Assembly (NCBI GenBank): GCA_035650735.1
Contig: DASRGZ010000120.1
Coordinates: forward strand, 1 to 64,000
Length of the DNA: 64,000 bases
Source: Chthonomonadaceae bacterium
GTDB taxonomy: Bacteria > Armatimonadota > Chthonomonadetes > Chthonomonadales > Chthonomonadaceae
Direction of reading: 5' to 3'
This document shows positions 8,905 to 18,839 of the stretch, piece after piece. The notes beneath the pieces are model-generated. The model was not told where the DNA came from. It ran no database searches and was given only the letters and a program-made list of their open reading frames with translations. How positions within the stretch are numbered: the stretch's first letter is position 1; every line of letters begins with the position of its first letter. The position numbers and the translations under genes are program-made.

Positions 8905-9297
8905 CTATTTCGTCTCATTTTCGGTCGCGGCACGGCGGCGCGTTATCTCGACGCCCACCGAGGCGGCAATGGCATTCATCGGCGGGAACACCTTCTGAAC
9001 GCGCAGCCGCACGGACTGCACCGCCGGGAATTCGGCCAGGATCACCTCGGCCAGACGGCCCACCAGCGCCTCCAGCAGGCGAAACTGCTCCTCCGTGCCG
9101 ACCTGGACGATGCGCTTAGCGACGCGGGAATAGTTGACGGTATCGCTCAGGCGGTCGCTGGCGGCAGCCGGGCGCGTATCCACCGCCAGGCAGACATCCA
9201 CCAGATAGCGATGCCCTACCGTCTGTTCGTGGTCGGAAGCGCCGTGATAGGCGTAGAACTCCAGGCCGTTGATGAGTATGTGGTCAGCTTCATCCAT
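8905..9297 (-). CDS. folB: dihydroneopterin aldolase
   Basis: FYAYHG, SDRLSDTVNY, FRLLEAL, VGVEITR. Confidence 0.95.
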   Translation of the reverse strand: MDEADHILINGLEFYAYHGASDHEQTVGHRYLVDVCLAVDTRPAAASDRLSDTVNYSRVAKRIVQVGTEEQFRLLEALVGRLAEVILAEFPAVQSVRLRVQKVFPPMNAIAASVGVEITRRRAATENETK

Positions 9298-9422
9298 AGG
9301 TACGCAAGAGAGCGCAACCGAAACGCGCGGCGTATTATTGCCGTACAATTATTGTACCAGAGAGAACGAGCGAAAGCAGTCCATTTTACCGCTTTCGAGA
9401 TTTGCTTCTTGACGGAATAGAC

Positions 9423-9859
9423 ATGGAACAACGAGGACAGCGCACGCATACGGAAACTACTGAGATTGCGCCCGCAACGGCAAGCGAGGCAGGGAGCCAG
9501 CTTACAGCACCAGCACAGCCGCTTCAGACGACAGAGTCGGAAAACGTTGCCGAGTTGATAGCGGTCATAGAGCAGGAGGCGCGCGGAAGATGCAGATTGG
9601 TGATAGCAGGGTGCTGCCTCATGTAGAACACCTGGCAAAAGGGAAGGGATTTGCGGCGAAGGACAGCCGCATTCAGCAGGCGGCAGAAGAGTGTTTGCCC
9701 TTCTTATGCGAACGTATTGCAGGCCAGGATGCCGCTGAAACCCTGCTGCGCGGCTCCAGCGCCTCCAACCCCACACCAGATCAACTGCTTCGTCCCACGG
9801 CAGGAGCGCCGAAAACCGAAGCACGACAGTTGCTGTGGCCTCAGGCGCCGGAAGAGTGA
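9423..9859 (+). pseudogene. probable fragmented helical-repeat (HEAT-like) protein remnant
   Basis: Two short overlapping out-of-frame ORFs; second has QIGDSRVLPHVEHLA..IQQAAEECLPFL; family assignment is inference. Confidence 0.35.
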
Positions 9860-9963
9860 GGCCCGGATTGACGTTGACTTTTGGCAGCGAATCCCGGCAT
9901 AATAGCAGCAGTGACGACCATTGAGAAGCCTGTACGCAGGCCCGTAGTTGGAGAAAGTCCCGC

Positions 9964-11100
9964 ATGGCGGCTCCGCAACCGCACCGGGTTTTGAAGGACC
10001 GGCGCACCAAAAACCTGACGAAGCGCCTGCGACCCGGCGACATCGCCCTCATCCATCATGCCGACCTGGATACCACCGCCGCCCGCGCGCTGGTAGACTG
10101 CAAGGTATCCGCCGTCGTCAACGCCGCGCCAAGCATTACGGGCCGCTATCCCAATCGGGGGCCGAGCGTGCTGCTTGACGCCGGCATTCCCCTGCTGGAC
10201 AACGTAGGAGAGTCGGGATTTGCCGATGTCGTGGAGGGACGCCAGGCGGTGCTGGAGGGGGATTGCCTGCGCTTTCCCGACGGCCTCTGCCTGCATGGCG
10301 TGCGGCTGACCCCGGAGAAGGTCGAGGCTCTCATGGAGGCGGCCCGCGCCAACCTGAACGCGGAGCTTGACCGGTTCGTGCGCAACACCCTGGGCTATCT
10401 GGAGAAGGAAAAGTCTCTGTTGTTCGCTCCGGTAGACGTGCCCCGTCTTAAGACCCGCTTTGCCGAAAAGCACGTCCTGATCGTGGTGCGCGGCGAGGGG
10501 TACAAAGAAGACCTGGCGATGCTGGGCGATTATCTGCGTGACGTGCGCCCGGTGCTGCTGGCCGTAGATGGCGGGGCGGACGCGCTGCTGGAGGCGAAAC
10601 TCCAGCCCGATGTTATCCTGGGCGACATGGACAGCATCAGCGACGAGGCGCTGCGCTGCGGGGCCGAGCTTGTGGTGCACGGCTACGACAGGGACGACCC
10701 GCGCGGCGTGCCGGGTCTGGAGCGCATTCAGAAGTTGGGCCTCCAGGCGACCGTCTTCCATGCGCCGGGCACCAGCGAGGACGCGGCGATGCTGCTGGCC
10801 GACGAACTGGGCGCTAAGCTCATCGTCGCGGTGGGCACCCATTTTTCGCTGGAAGATTTCCTGGACAAGGGTCGGCGCGGGATGGCGAGCACCTTCCTGA
10901 CGCGCCTGCGGATCGGCTCCAAGCTGGTAGACGCCAAAGGGATCGCTCGCCTCTGGGCACAGCAGCACCCGCGTTTTGGAGAGTTGGCGCTCGTTCTGAT
11001 CGCGGCAGCGACCCCGATTATCGCCGTGCTGATGCTCTCCCCGATGGGCCGGCTCCTGCTCAAAACATTGAACGCCTGGTTGCACATCCGCTTTCATTAA
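9964..11100 (+). CDS. steA: SteA-like cytokinetic ring protein (thiamine pyrophosphokinase-like domain)
   Basis: DRRTKNLTKRLRPGDIALIHHADLD, GRYPNRGP, AVDGGAD, GDMDS, FLDKGRRGMASTFLTRLRIG. Confidence 0.88.
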   Translation: MAAPQPHRVLKDRRTKNLTKRLRPGDIALIHHADLDTTAARALVDCKVSAVVNAAPSITGRYPNRGPSVLLDAGIPLLDNVGESGFADVVEGRQAVLEGDCLRFPDGLCLHGVRLTPEKVEALMEAARANLNAELDRFVRNTLGYLEKEKSLLFAPVDVPRLKTRFAEKHVLIVVRGEGYKEDLAMLGDYLRDVRPVLLAVDGGADALLEAKLQPDVILGDMDSISDEALRCGAELVVHGYDRDDPRGVPGLERIQKLGLQATVFHAPGTSEDAAMLLADELGAKLIVAVGTHFSLEDFLDKGRRGMASTFLTRLRIGSKLVDAKGIARLWAQQHPRFGELALVLIAAATPIIAVLMLSPMGRLLLKTLNAWLHIRFH

Positions 11101-11121
11101 GTATTGCAAGGAGAGAAGACT

Positions 11122-11511
11122 ATGCTGACGGGACTGGCCCTGCTGATTGCGGGCGCAGTGTTTATCGCCTTATGGATACTGCTTCCCCGCCTCCACGCGG
11201 GCCTATCCGCCTTTATCAACCCGCAGATGCAGACGCTGGTCGCCGCGTTCTCTCCTGAAATGAGCCGCCTCATGGGCCTGCCGCGCCTGTTGCGCCCGGC
11301 AAGCGTGATCTGCGGCGTGCTTGGGATCGTCATGCTCGTGCTGGGAGTGTATGCCTTCACCGTGCAGAGCATCCCGCTGTGGCTCCATATCGTCGCCCTG
11401 GTCGCTTTCCTGGATGTTCTGGTCCTGCTTATCGGGCTGGCCCTGGCGGCAAAGAAGCTGCGCCCCCTCACGCAGCAGTGGACGGGACAGAGGCCGCGCA
11501 GCAAGCGGTAA
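11122..11511 (+). CDS. hypothetical membrane protein
   Basis: Three hydrophobic segments, GGAG SD, between steA and steB. Confidence 0.7.
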   Translation: MLTGLALLIAGAVFIALWILLPRLHAGLSAFINPQMQTLVAAFSPEMSRLMGLPRLLRPASVICGVLGIVMLVLGVYAFTVQSIPLWLHIVALVAFLDVLVLLIGLALAAKKLRPLTQQWTGQRPRSKR

Positions 11512-11524
11512 GAGAGGAGCGCCG

Positions 11525-12376
11525 GTGGGACCTGGTTTCAAATATCACGTCGTTACGGTGGCGGCGATCTTTTTCGCGCTGACTATCGGGCTGGTCGTCG
11601 GCAGCCTCTTCGTCTCGCCGCAACTGGTGGACCGGCAGACCCGCGTTCTCAAGGATATTCGCGCGACGCTGATACAGGATAATGAGGCCCAGAAGCAGAA
11701 GGTGGAGCGCTACCAGAAGTTCCTGGCCGAGATCATGCCCTCGCTGCTCAACGGCAAATTGGCCGGGATGCCCGTCGCCATTGTGCAGACCGGCGACTAC
11801 TCGGAGGCCGTCAACCCGGTACGCGAGGCGCTCCAGATGGCCGATGCGCGCGTGCTTTCGGTGACGACTATCGCACGTCCCTTCGACCGCCCCGATGAAA
11901 TCCTCGCTCCGAGCCTGGTGGCGCTCCACGCCAAAGACCCGCGCTTTCCCACCGACCGCGAGGGCCTGGCCCGCAACATCGCCTCGCTGCTGGCGCACGG
12001 CGACGCGCCCGACAACGGCCTGATGGCCGCGCTGGAACGGGAGGGCTTCGTGCAGACCGAGCCTGGAAGCGACTACCAGACCCCGGCGCGCTATGTCGTC
12101 ATCGTGGCCGGCAGCCGTATCGAAGGCACGACCCGTCCCGCCAACGTGGATCGCCCGCTCATCGCGGCCCTACAAAAGCAGGGCCTCTCCGTCGTCGCGT
12201 GCGAGCCGCAGGACGCGCTCGCCTCCGACATCACCGCCTACCGCGCCCTGGATATGGATGTCGCCACGGTAGAGAACGTGGACACAGACATCGGGCACTG
12301 CGCCCTCGTCTTTGCCCTGCGCGGCGACAAAGACGACAGCGACGTGAAAGCCGCCAGCCGTCTCCCACTGCCATGA
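11525..12376 (+). CDS. SteB/MctB (DUF3186, 'copper transporter') family protein
   Basis: FKYHVVTVAAIFFALTIGLVVGS N-terminus, ATVENVDTDIG C-terminus; GTG with GAGGAG SD. Confidence 0.85.
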   Translation: MGPGFKYHVVTVAAIFFALTIGLVVGSLFVSPQLVDRQTRVLKDIRATLIQDNEAQKQKVERYQKFLAEIMPSLLNGKLAGMPVAIVQTGDYSEAVNPVREALQMADARVLSVTTIARPFDRPDEILAPSLVALHAKDPRFPTDREGLARNIASLLAHGDAPDNGLMAALEREGFVQTEPGSDYQTPARYVVIVAGSRIEGTTRPANVDRPLIAALQKQGLSVVACEPQDALASDITAYRALDMDVATVENVDTDIGHCALVFALRGDKDDSDVKAASRLPLP

Positions 12377-13098
12377 CCTCCGCGCTGATTCCCGCCTATA
12401 ATGAAGCCGAGCGGATCGCCGCGACCATCGCGGCCCTGCGTTCCATCGCTTCGCAGATAGGGCTGGAGGAGATCGTGGTCGTGGACGACGGCTCTCAGGA
12501 TGATACGGCGGCGCGAGCGGAGGCGGCCGGCGCGGATGTGGTGTTCCGGCAGGCGAACCGGGGCAAGGGCGCGGCGCTTCAGGCCGCATTTGACCTCTCG
12601 CGAGGCCAGATTGTGCTACTCCTGGACGCCGACCTGGGCGAATCGGCGGCGGAGGCCGTCAAGCTGGTGGAACCGGTGCGCTCCGGCGCGGCGGATATGA
12701 CGATCGCGACGTTTCCGGTGATTCCCGGCAAAGGCGGCGGGTTTGGGTTGGTGGTCAAGCTGGCGCGCTGGGGCATCCGGCGGCTGACCGGCCAGCAGAT
12801 GCAAGCGCCGCTTTCCGGGCAGCGGGCCGCGCGGCGGAAGGTGATCGAGGCGGCGGGCGGCTTTGCGGCGGGCTGGGGCGTCGAGATCGGCCTGACGGTG
12901 GCCGCGCTGCGTTCGGGATATCGCGTCGTGGAGGTGCCGACGACCATGACCCACCGCGTCACTGGGCGCGCTCCCGCCGACATTCTGCACCGGGCGGCGC
13001 AGCTCTACGGGGCGGCGCGCATCCTCTTCCGGCTCTGGCTCTTTCCCGACAGGCCCCACATCCCGCGCGCGGCCCTGCCGCCGCGCGGAACGGAGTAG
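12373..13098 (+). CDS. glycosyltransferase family 2
   Basis: LIPAYNE, VVDDGS, NRGKG, LLDADL, PLSGQR; ATGA overlap with upstream gene. Confidence 0.9.
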   Translation: MTSALIPAYNEAERIAATIAALRSIASQIGLEEIVVVDDGSQDDTAARAEAAGADVVFRQANRGKGAALQAAFDLSRGQIVLLLDADLGESAAEAVKLVEPVRSGAADMTIATFPVIPGKGGGFGLVVKLARWGIRRLTGQQMQAPLSGQRAARRKVIEAAGGFAAGWGVEIGLTVAALRSGYRVVEVPTTMTHRVTGRAPADILHRAAQLYGAARILFRLWLFPDRPHIPRAALPPRGTE

Positions 13099-13103
13099 CG
13101 GGC

Positions 13104-14081
13104 ATGGACGAGATCGGTGGTGACCCGGGCGCGCATCTGGCCTCGGGCGGCTGGCTCTCCCTGCTGGATCAGGCCGACCAACTGATCGCCCGCGCGGGCC
13201 AGAAATATCCGCTGCTGGGCCAGTTGTTGGCGCGCTTCCCCCTCACGGCGCGCGGCCTGCTGCTTGCCCTCCTGGGCCTGGTGCTGCTGCTGGCTTTGCC
13301 GCCCCTGATCGGTTGGCTGCTGCGTCGCTGCGGCCGGCTGGAGGCGAACTTTCGTGGCGAGCGCATCCCGCAGAGCTACGGCCTCGTCATCCTGCTCTGG
13401 GCGGGGACGATGCTGACCCTGGCGGCGGCGCTCTTTCCGGCGGATCGGCGCGAGATCCTAACCTGGCTGATAGCAGTCGTGGGCTTTGGGACGCTCGGCT
13501 TCGTGGACGATACCTGGGGCGACCGCTGCATCAAGGGACTGCGCGGCCACTTTCGCGCCGCCCTGCGTGGGCGCACCTTCACGACCGGCTTCCTGAAGGC
13601 CGTCGGCGGCGCGCTGCTGGCCCTCGGGCTCGGCTTCCGGTGTTACCCTGTGAACCCGGCCCTGGCGCTCCTGGCCGCCGCCCTGATCGCCCTCTCCGCC
13701 AACGTCATCAATCTGCTGGACCTGCGTCCGGGGCGCGCGGGCGCGGTGTTTCTGCTCGGTGCGGCCCTGCTTTTAGCGTATAGTTTCAGGACAGGCGCGC
13801 ACGCGGGCGTGCCGCCGCTGCTCTACGTGGCCCTGCCGACCCTCCTGGTCTACGAACGGGATGCCCGCGCCCGCGTGATGATGGGCGACGTGGGCAGCAA
13901 CCTGCTGGGCGCGTGCCTGGGATTGGCGCTGGCGGCCTCCCCGGCCTCGCCCTGGACGAAGCTGATCGCGCTGCTGGGGCTTGTCGGGCTGCACCTACTG
14001 GCCGAACGCGCCTCCCTGACCGCCCTGATCGAGAAGAACCCGACCCTGCGCGCCCTGGACCGCCTGACGGGAGTACGATGA
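13104..14081 (+). CDS. MraY-like / glycosyltransferase family 4 membrane phosphotransferase
   Basis: GFVDD, INLLDLRPGRA, MMGDVGSN. Confidence 0.85.
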   Translation: MDEIGGDPGAHLASGGWLSLLDQADQLIARAGQKYPLLGQLLARFPLTARGLLLALLGLVLLLALPPLIGWLLRRCGRLEANFRGERIPQSYGLVILLWAGTMLTLAAALFPADRREILTWLIAVVGFGTLGFVDDTWGDRCIKGLRGHFRAALRGRTFTTGFLKAVGGALLALGLGFRCYPVNPALALLAAALIALSANVINLLDLRPGRAGAVFLLGAALLLAYSFRTGAHAGVPPLLYVALPTLLVYERDARARVMMGDVGSNLLGACLGLALAASPASPWTKLIALLGLVGLHLLAERASLTALIEKNPTLRALDRLTGVR

Positions 14082-14674
14082 GACCTGACCCTTTATCCAT
14101 AACGGTTCGCCGTGCCGCCCGCGAGGACGCCCTAGCCCTGATTCACCTGATCGCCGCGCTGGCAGAGTTCGAGCGGCTGGAACCCCCGGACGCGGACGCG
14201 CAGGCGCGTCTGGTGCGGGACGGCTGGCCGGAGGAGGGCGCGCGGCCCCGTTTTACCGCCTGGCTTGCGGAGATAGACGACGGCCCGGAGGGGAAGCCGC
14301 AGGCCGTTGGCTATGCCATCACGTTCGAGACCTACTCCTCGTTTCTGGCCCGGCCCACGCTCTATATCGAGGATATCTTCGTGTTGCCCTCCTACCGGCG
14401 CAGGGCGGTGGGCACGGCGCTGATGCGTCGGCTCATTCAGGAAGCGTGGGAGAGCGGCTGCGGACGCATGGAGTGGGTGGTGCTGGAGTGGAACGAGGGC
14501 GCGCAGCAGTTCTATCGGCGCCTGGGCGCGCAGCATCTTACCGAGTGGCAATACTACCGCCTGCGCCGCGAGGAGATGCCCGCCGCGCTTGGCGCAATGG
14601 ATGGTCCTTCCATTCAGGCCCCCACCCCGGCCTGCGGCCACCCCTCCCCCAAGAACAGGGGAGGGAAAAGGTAA
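14078..14674 (+). CDS. GNAT family N-acetyltransferase
   Basis: YSSFLARPTLYIEDIFVLPSYRRRAVG, RMEWVVLEWN; ATGA overlap. Confidence 0.88.
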   Translation: MRPDPLSITVRRAAREDALALIHLIAALAEFERLEPPDADAQARLVRDGWPEEGARPRFTAWLAEIDDGPEGKPQAVGYAITFETYSSFLARPTLYIEDIFVLPSYRRRAVGTALMRRLIQEAWESGCGRMEWVVLEWNEGAQQFYRRLGAQHLTEWQYYRLRREEMPAALGAMDGPSIQAPTPACGHPSPKNRGGKR

Positions 14675-14770
14675 ACGTTGGCTTCTCGGTTCCCCTCTCC
14701 TAGAATTGGGAGAGGGGGTGAGGGCCGCAGGGAAAACGGAAGGACGCAATGGAGGGAAGGGAGGCAAGCG

Positions 14771-15451
14771 ATGCGGAAACTGGCGATACAGCCGCCCATC
14801 GTGCAGGTGGCGATTGATGTGCTCAATGTGGACGACGCCCTGCGGATCGCGGAGGCGGCAGTCAAGGCCGGAGTGGACTGGCTGGAGGCGGGCACGCCGC
14901 TCATCACCTTTGAAGGCGTCCGGGCCATCGGCGCGCTGGCGCAGGCGTTTCCCGGCGTGCCCGTCCTGGCCGACTACAAGATGATGGATGGCGTGCGCAA
15001 GTACGTGGTCGAGACGGCCAATCAGGGCGGGCGGATCGCGACCATCTGCGCGGTCGCCAGCGACGCCAGCATCCGCGAGGCCGTGCGCGCCGGACAGGAT
15101 TCCGGCGTGACCCTCATCACCGACCTCTACGCTAGCCCCGCTGTGGCGGGCCGCGCCGAACAGATGGCACAGATGGGCGTGGACTCGGTCTACGTGCATT
15201 GGGGCGCCGATCAACGACGGGAGATGCCAGAGCGCGATCCACTTGCCGACCTTCCTGCCGTCGTAGAGCGCGTGGGGCTGCCGGTCGGCGTCGGCACGTT
15301 TAGCGTCGAGGAGGGCGTGCGCGCCTTCCAGCTTGGCGCCAGCATCGCGGTCATCGGCGTGCCGCTCATCCAGGCGGAGAACGTAGAGGCGGCGCTGCGC
15401 GAATATGTCGAGCGCTCCAAAGCCGCCTTCCATACCCAGTGCTGGACTTAG
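14771..15451 (+). CDS. OMP decarboxylase/HUMPS family protein (hexulose-6-phosphate synthase-like)
   Basis: VQVAID, WLEAGTPLI, VLADYKMMD. Confidence 0.8.
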   Translation: MRKLAIQPPIVQVAIDVLNVDDALRIAEAAVKAGVDWLEAGTPLITFEGVRAIGALAQAFPGVPVLADYKMMDGVRKYVVETANQGGRIATICAVASDASIREAVRAGQDSGVTLITDLYASPAVAGRAEQMAQMGVDSVYVHWGADQRREMPERDPLADLPAVVERVGLPVGVGTFSVEEGVRAFQLGASIAVIGVPLIQAENVEAALREYVERSKAAFHTQCWT

Positions 15452-15469
15452 GGTGTGTACGCGACTTCT

Positions 15470-15625
15470 AGCAGCCCACCCGTAGACGAGTGGGCTGCGG
15501 ATGGCAAGCCCCCTGAAGGGGGCTGCGTCAGGCGGAGCGGTTCCTATCAAGGGTAAAGACGTCCAACCCCTGGCAGCCCGCTTGAGCGGGCTTGCCGCCT
15601 ACAGCCCGGTCCTTTAGGGCCGGGC
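15470..15625. repeat. REP-like doublet (GGCAAGCCCC / GCCCGCTTGAGCGGGCTTGCC / CCCGGTCCTTTAGGGCCGGG family)
   Basis: Closely related copy between mreB and mreC at 51042-51190. Confidence 0.7.
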
Positions 15626-15689
15626 AGAGCCAGGGTTCTCTTAGAGCGGCGGCTTTGCAGGCCCTCATGGGAGGGCAGGGCCGGGGAGG

Positions 15690-17009
15690 TCAGGTCTTCC
15701 GGGCCAGCCACTTATACCAGCGCTTGCCCAGCGTGATGCCCTGCGCGCGCAGCGGGTCCTCCGTGCGGCCCGTCCTGGCCAGCCCCGCCGCGATCCAGGC
15801 TTCCAGTTCCGCCTCCATCTCCGCCGCCTGCTCCCAGCGCTCTACCGCCAGGTTGCGCGTCTCCTCCGGGTCGGCGGCCAGGTCATAAAGCTCGCGCGGA
15901 GGCGTGTTGTGGAAGTCCGGCTCGCGCGCCAGAATGAACTTGCTCGTTTCGGTGCGCAAGGCCCACTTCGCCTGCCACGTGCACTCGCAGCAGACGACTT
16001 GATCCCAGCCTCCCTTCTCCGCCTGCCCGGTCAGCAGCGGCCACAGGCTGCGCCCTTCCATGCTCGGCGGGACGGCGGCGCCTACGGCGTCCAACAGCGT
16101 CGGCGCCAGGTCGAGATGCTGCACCATCGGCGTCAGCACCGTTCCAGCAGAGATTTTTTTTGGATTGCGGAATAGCAGCGGCACATGAATCGTATCTTCA
16201 TACAGGCCGTGATGGTCGAAATAGATATCGTGGTGATACAGGCTCTCGCCGTGATCGCCGGTCAGCACGACCAGCGTGTCCTCGGCCAGCCCGGTCGCCT
16301 CCAGCGCGTCTAACAGCTCGGCAACGCCGTCGTCCACGTGCCGGATCTCGGCGTCGTAGAGGGAGGCAATATACTCGGCATCGGTGACCGGCCCCAGCTT
16401 GTTAAACCAGGTATCGCCGAACATGCCCCAGAACGGCTGGCGCTTGATGGGTGCGAAGGTGGTGTGCTCCGGCGCAAACGGGTCGCGGTCTGGCGGGTAG
16501 AAGGTGCGATAGCGCTCGGGCGGCAGGTAGGGTGTGTGCGGCTCCCAATAGTGGAGGAACAGGAAGAACTTCTCGCGGGCGTGGGCCTTGAGCCAGGGAA
16601 TGGCGCGGGCGTTGATCTCCTCACAGGAGACGAGCAGCCGCAGCTTGTGGCGGCAGGACGGGTTGATGTAGAACTCATAGCCGCGCGCCAGCCAGGGCTT
16701 GAGGTCGTAGAGGTTGTCCACCGCCGCCGTCGTGTAGCCGGCGCTTTGCAGCAGCTCCGGCAAGACGGGAACGCTCCGCTCCAGGTCGGCCTGCCCGCCG
16801 TGGCAGACGATGTTGTGCGTCAGCGGGTGCTGGCCGGTATACATCGTGGTATGGGCGGGCGTGGTGGGAATGCCCGGCGCAAAGCAGCGGGCGAAGCGTG
16901 CCCCCTGCCCTGCCAGCCGATCTAGAGTCGGGCTGGTCGGCTTGGGATAGCCGTAACAGCCGAGCCGACTGGCGCGCAGCGTGTCAATGACAATGAAGAT
17001 AATATTCAT
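15690..17009 (-). CDS. sulfatase-family (alkaline phosphatase superfamily) protein
   Basis: IDTLRA, LTGDHGE, HVPLL, ELYDLAADPEE; active-site motif reads TTPAH rather than CxPxR. Confidence 0.88.
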   Translation of the reverse strand: MNIIFIVIDTLRASRLGCYGYPKPTSPTLDRLAGQGARFARCFAPGIPTTPAHTTMYTGQHPLTHNIVCHGGQADLERSVPVLPELLQSAGYTTAAVDNLYDLKPWLARGYEFYINPSCRHKLRLLVSCEEINARAIPWLKAHAREKFFLFLHYWEPHTPYLPPERYRTFYPPDRDPFAPEHTTFAPIKRQPFWGMFGDTWFNKLGPVTDAEYIASLYDAEIRHVDDGVAELLDALEATGLAEDTLVVLTGDHGESLYHHDIYFDHHGLYEDTIHVPLLFRNPKKISAGTVLTPMVQHLDLAPTLLDAVGAAVPPSMEGRSLWPLLTGQAEKGGWDQVVCCECTWQAKWALRTETSKFILAREPDFHNTPPRELYDLAADPEETRNLAVERWEQAAEMEAELEAWIAAGLARTGRTEDPLRAQGITLGKRWYKWLARKT

Positions 17010-17102
17010 GGTTAGAAGTAATTATAGGCACAAAACCATTTGGCAAGTCAATCTTAAGAGGCGAAAATAGGCGACTGGGAACTAATTCCCGGTCTGCTTC
17101 GC

Positions 17103-17132
17103 TTGACAGAACAGAAAACCGCATGCTATAGT
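17103..17132 (+). promoter_or_regulatory. sigma70-type promoter upstream of LCP gene
   Basis: TTGACA-18 bp-TATAGT with TGn extension. Confidence 0.6.
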
Positions 17133-17297
17133 ACATTTGGACTTGTGTGCCAGTAACAGGATGGCACATCCCAGCGCAGTAGTAAGCGCGTCTAGGGCGC
17201 TCCCGGGGCAACGGGGCCGGCCTGTCCGGCGCGTGCTGTGGCGACCCGACTGCGTGCGAGCCGCCTATCGCAGACGTGATTAAAGGAGACCGACAAG

Positions 17298-18833
17298 GTG
17301 AAGGACTCGGACAGACCGAGCGCGACCGATTTCCCGCTGACCAATAATTCCTCCAAATGGGAAGCGCAGCAGGCCCAGGCCCAACCGCAAACCAACCAGC
17401 CCAGAAAAACTCCGGCGCGACCGCACACCGCCTGGACCTATACCAAACGCGCCCTGGCGGCGTTGGTCTGTATGGCGGCTATGGCGGCGGGAACCGTCCT
17501 TGGCAACTTCTACTGGAATAGCTCCCTGTTCCGCAGAATCGTTCACAATACCAGCCTCATCAAGTTTATCACGACCGGCGACCCCATGGAAGCCATGATG
17601 GCTTCCTACACCCCGGAGCAGCAATTTCCTCCAGACAAGCAGCATATCATTACCCTGGCCATACTAGGATGCGACCGCGATTACGAGGACGCCCGACCCG
17701 TTCCTATCAAGGGTAAGAATACCCGCAGCGATACCATTATCGTGGCGCGGATTGATTTCGATAGCAGGACTATCCGGGCCATGAGCATTCCCCGCGACAC
17801 GGCGGTGATCGTTCCGGGGCACGGCTATCATAAGATCAATGCCGCGCACGCTTTCGGCGGGCCGGAACTGACCCAGCAGACCATCAAGAACGCCTTCGGG
17901 ATAGATACGGATTACTACGTCACCCTCGACTTCGATGGTTTCCAGAAGGTCGTCAATGCCGTCGGCGGCGTGGATATCAACGTCGAGAAGCAGCTAGATT
18001 ACGACGACAACTGGGGCAACCTCCACGTCCATCTCAAACCCGGCTTGCAGCACTTGAACGGCTATCAAGCGATGGGCTACGTGCGGATGCGCCATTCGGA
18101 TAACGACCTGATGCGTGCCGAGCGCCAGCATGCGTTCCTGGAGGCCCTGCGCGAGCGAATCAAAGATAAGAAGAACTTCTTTAACCTGCCGAAGGTGCTC
18201 AACGCCCTTTCGGATAGCATTAAATCTAATCTCAACCAGGATCAGCTGCTCACGCTGGCCAACTGGGCGCGGCAGCTTCCCAAAGAGAACCTTAATATCG
18301 CCACGCTGCCTGTCATCGAAGGGCCGAGCTTCTGTTACGTCAAGGCGACTCAGAGCGCCGATCTCATCGGCAGGCTGTTCTTCGACGGCAACCCGCAGGC
18401 AGTCACGATCAACGTGCCGGGACGCAGCCTGATTGCCCGCGGCGATGATTGGACCGATACAGGCTGGGCGAGCCCGCGGCGCAACCGGCGTCACCGCCGC
18501 CACCGCTGGTCGCATCTGCCGGCGAGCGTGCCGCGCGATGACGATGGCGCTCCGCTGGAAGATACGACGGGAGAGAGCGCCCCGATGGGGGATACCGGCT
18601 CAACGGAGTCCGACAGCGGCGCCGCGCGGGAGCAGGATAGCAGCCCCGGCATGGGGAGGGACAGCGGTGACAGCGGCCGTTCGGAGCGCAGCAGCACCTC
18701 GGATACGGGCAAATCCGGCGGCGACTCGGGCACCAGCTCGGCGCCTGAAAAGAGTCCTCAGGCTCCCTCCGACGGCGGCTCCGACTCCGGGGCCGGCACG
18801 GGCGATCAGCCGGAGAAGCCCCAGAACGGTTAG
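17298..18833 (+). CDS. LytR-CpsA-Psr (LCP) family protein
   Basis: LGCD, RSDTIIV, SIPRDT, KINAA, YVRMRH, RAERQ; low-complexity Ser/Gly/Asp tail. Confidence 0.93.
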   Translation: MKDSDRPSATDFPLTNNSSKWEAQQAQAQPQTNQPRKTPARPHTAWTYTKRALAALVCMAAMAAGTVLGNFYWNSSLFRRIVHNTSLIKFITTGDPMEAMMASYTPEQQFPPDKQHIITLAILGCDRDYEDARPVPIKGKNTRSDTIIVARIDFDSRTIRAMSIPRDTAVIVPGHGYHKINAAHAFGGPELTQQTIKNAFGIDTDYYVTLDFDGFQKVVNAVGGVDINVEKQLDYDDNWGNLHVHLKPGLQHLNGYQAMGYVRMRHSDNDLMRAERQHAFLEALRERIKDKKNFFNLPKVLNALSDSIKSNLNQDQLLTLANWARQLPKENLNIATLPVIEGPSFCYVKATQSADLIGRLFFDGNPQAVTINVPGRSLIARGDDWTDTGWASPRRNRRHRRHRWSHLPASVPRDDDGAPLEDTTGESAPMGDTGSTESDSGAAREQDSSPGMGRDSGDSGRSERSSTSDTGKSGGDSGTSSAPEKSPQAPSDGGSDSGAGTGDQPEKPQNG

Positions 18834-18839
18834 AGGATG

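Noticed and set aside
15540..15556. 17-bp exact match (GTTCCTATCAAGGGTAA) between a REP spacer and the LCP gene at 17700-17716
   Set aside because: One match of this length in a 64-kb self-comparison is plausible by chance; no other repeat spacer was seen to match a gene
17140..17297. Structured 5' leader of the LCP gene (TGTGCCA/TGGCACA hairpin)
   Set aside because: Short hairpins are expected in GC-rich DNA; no known motif recognised
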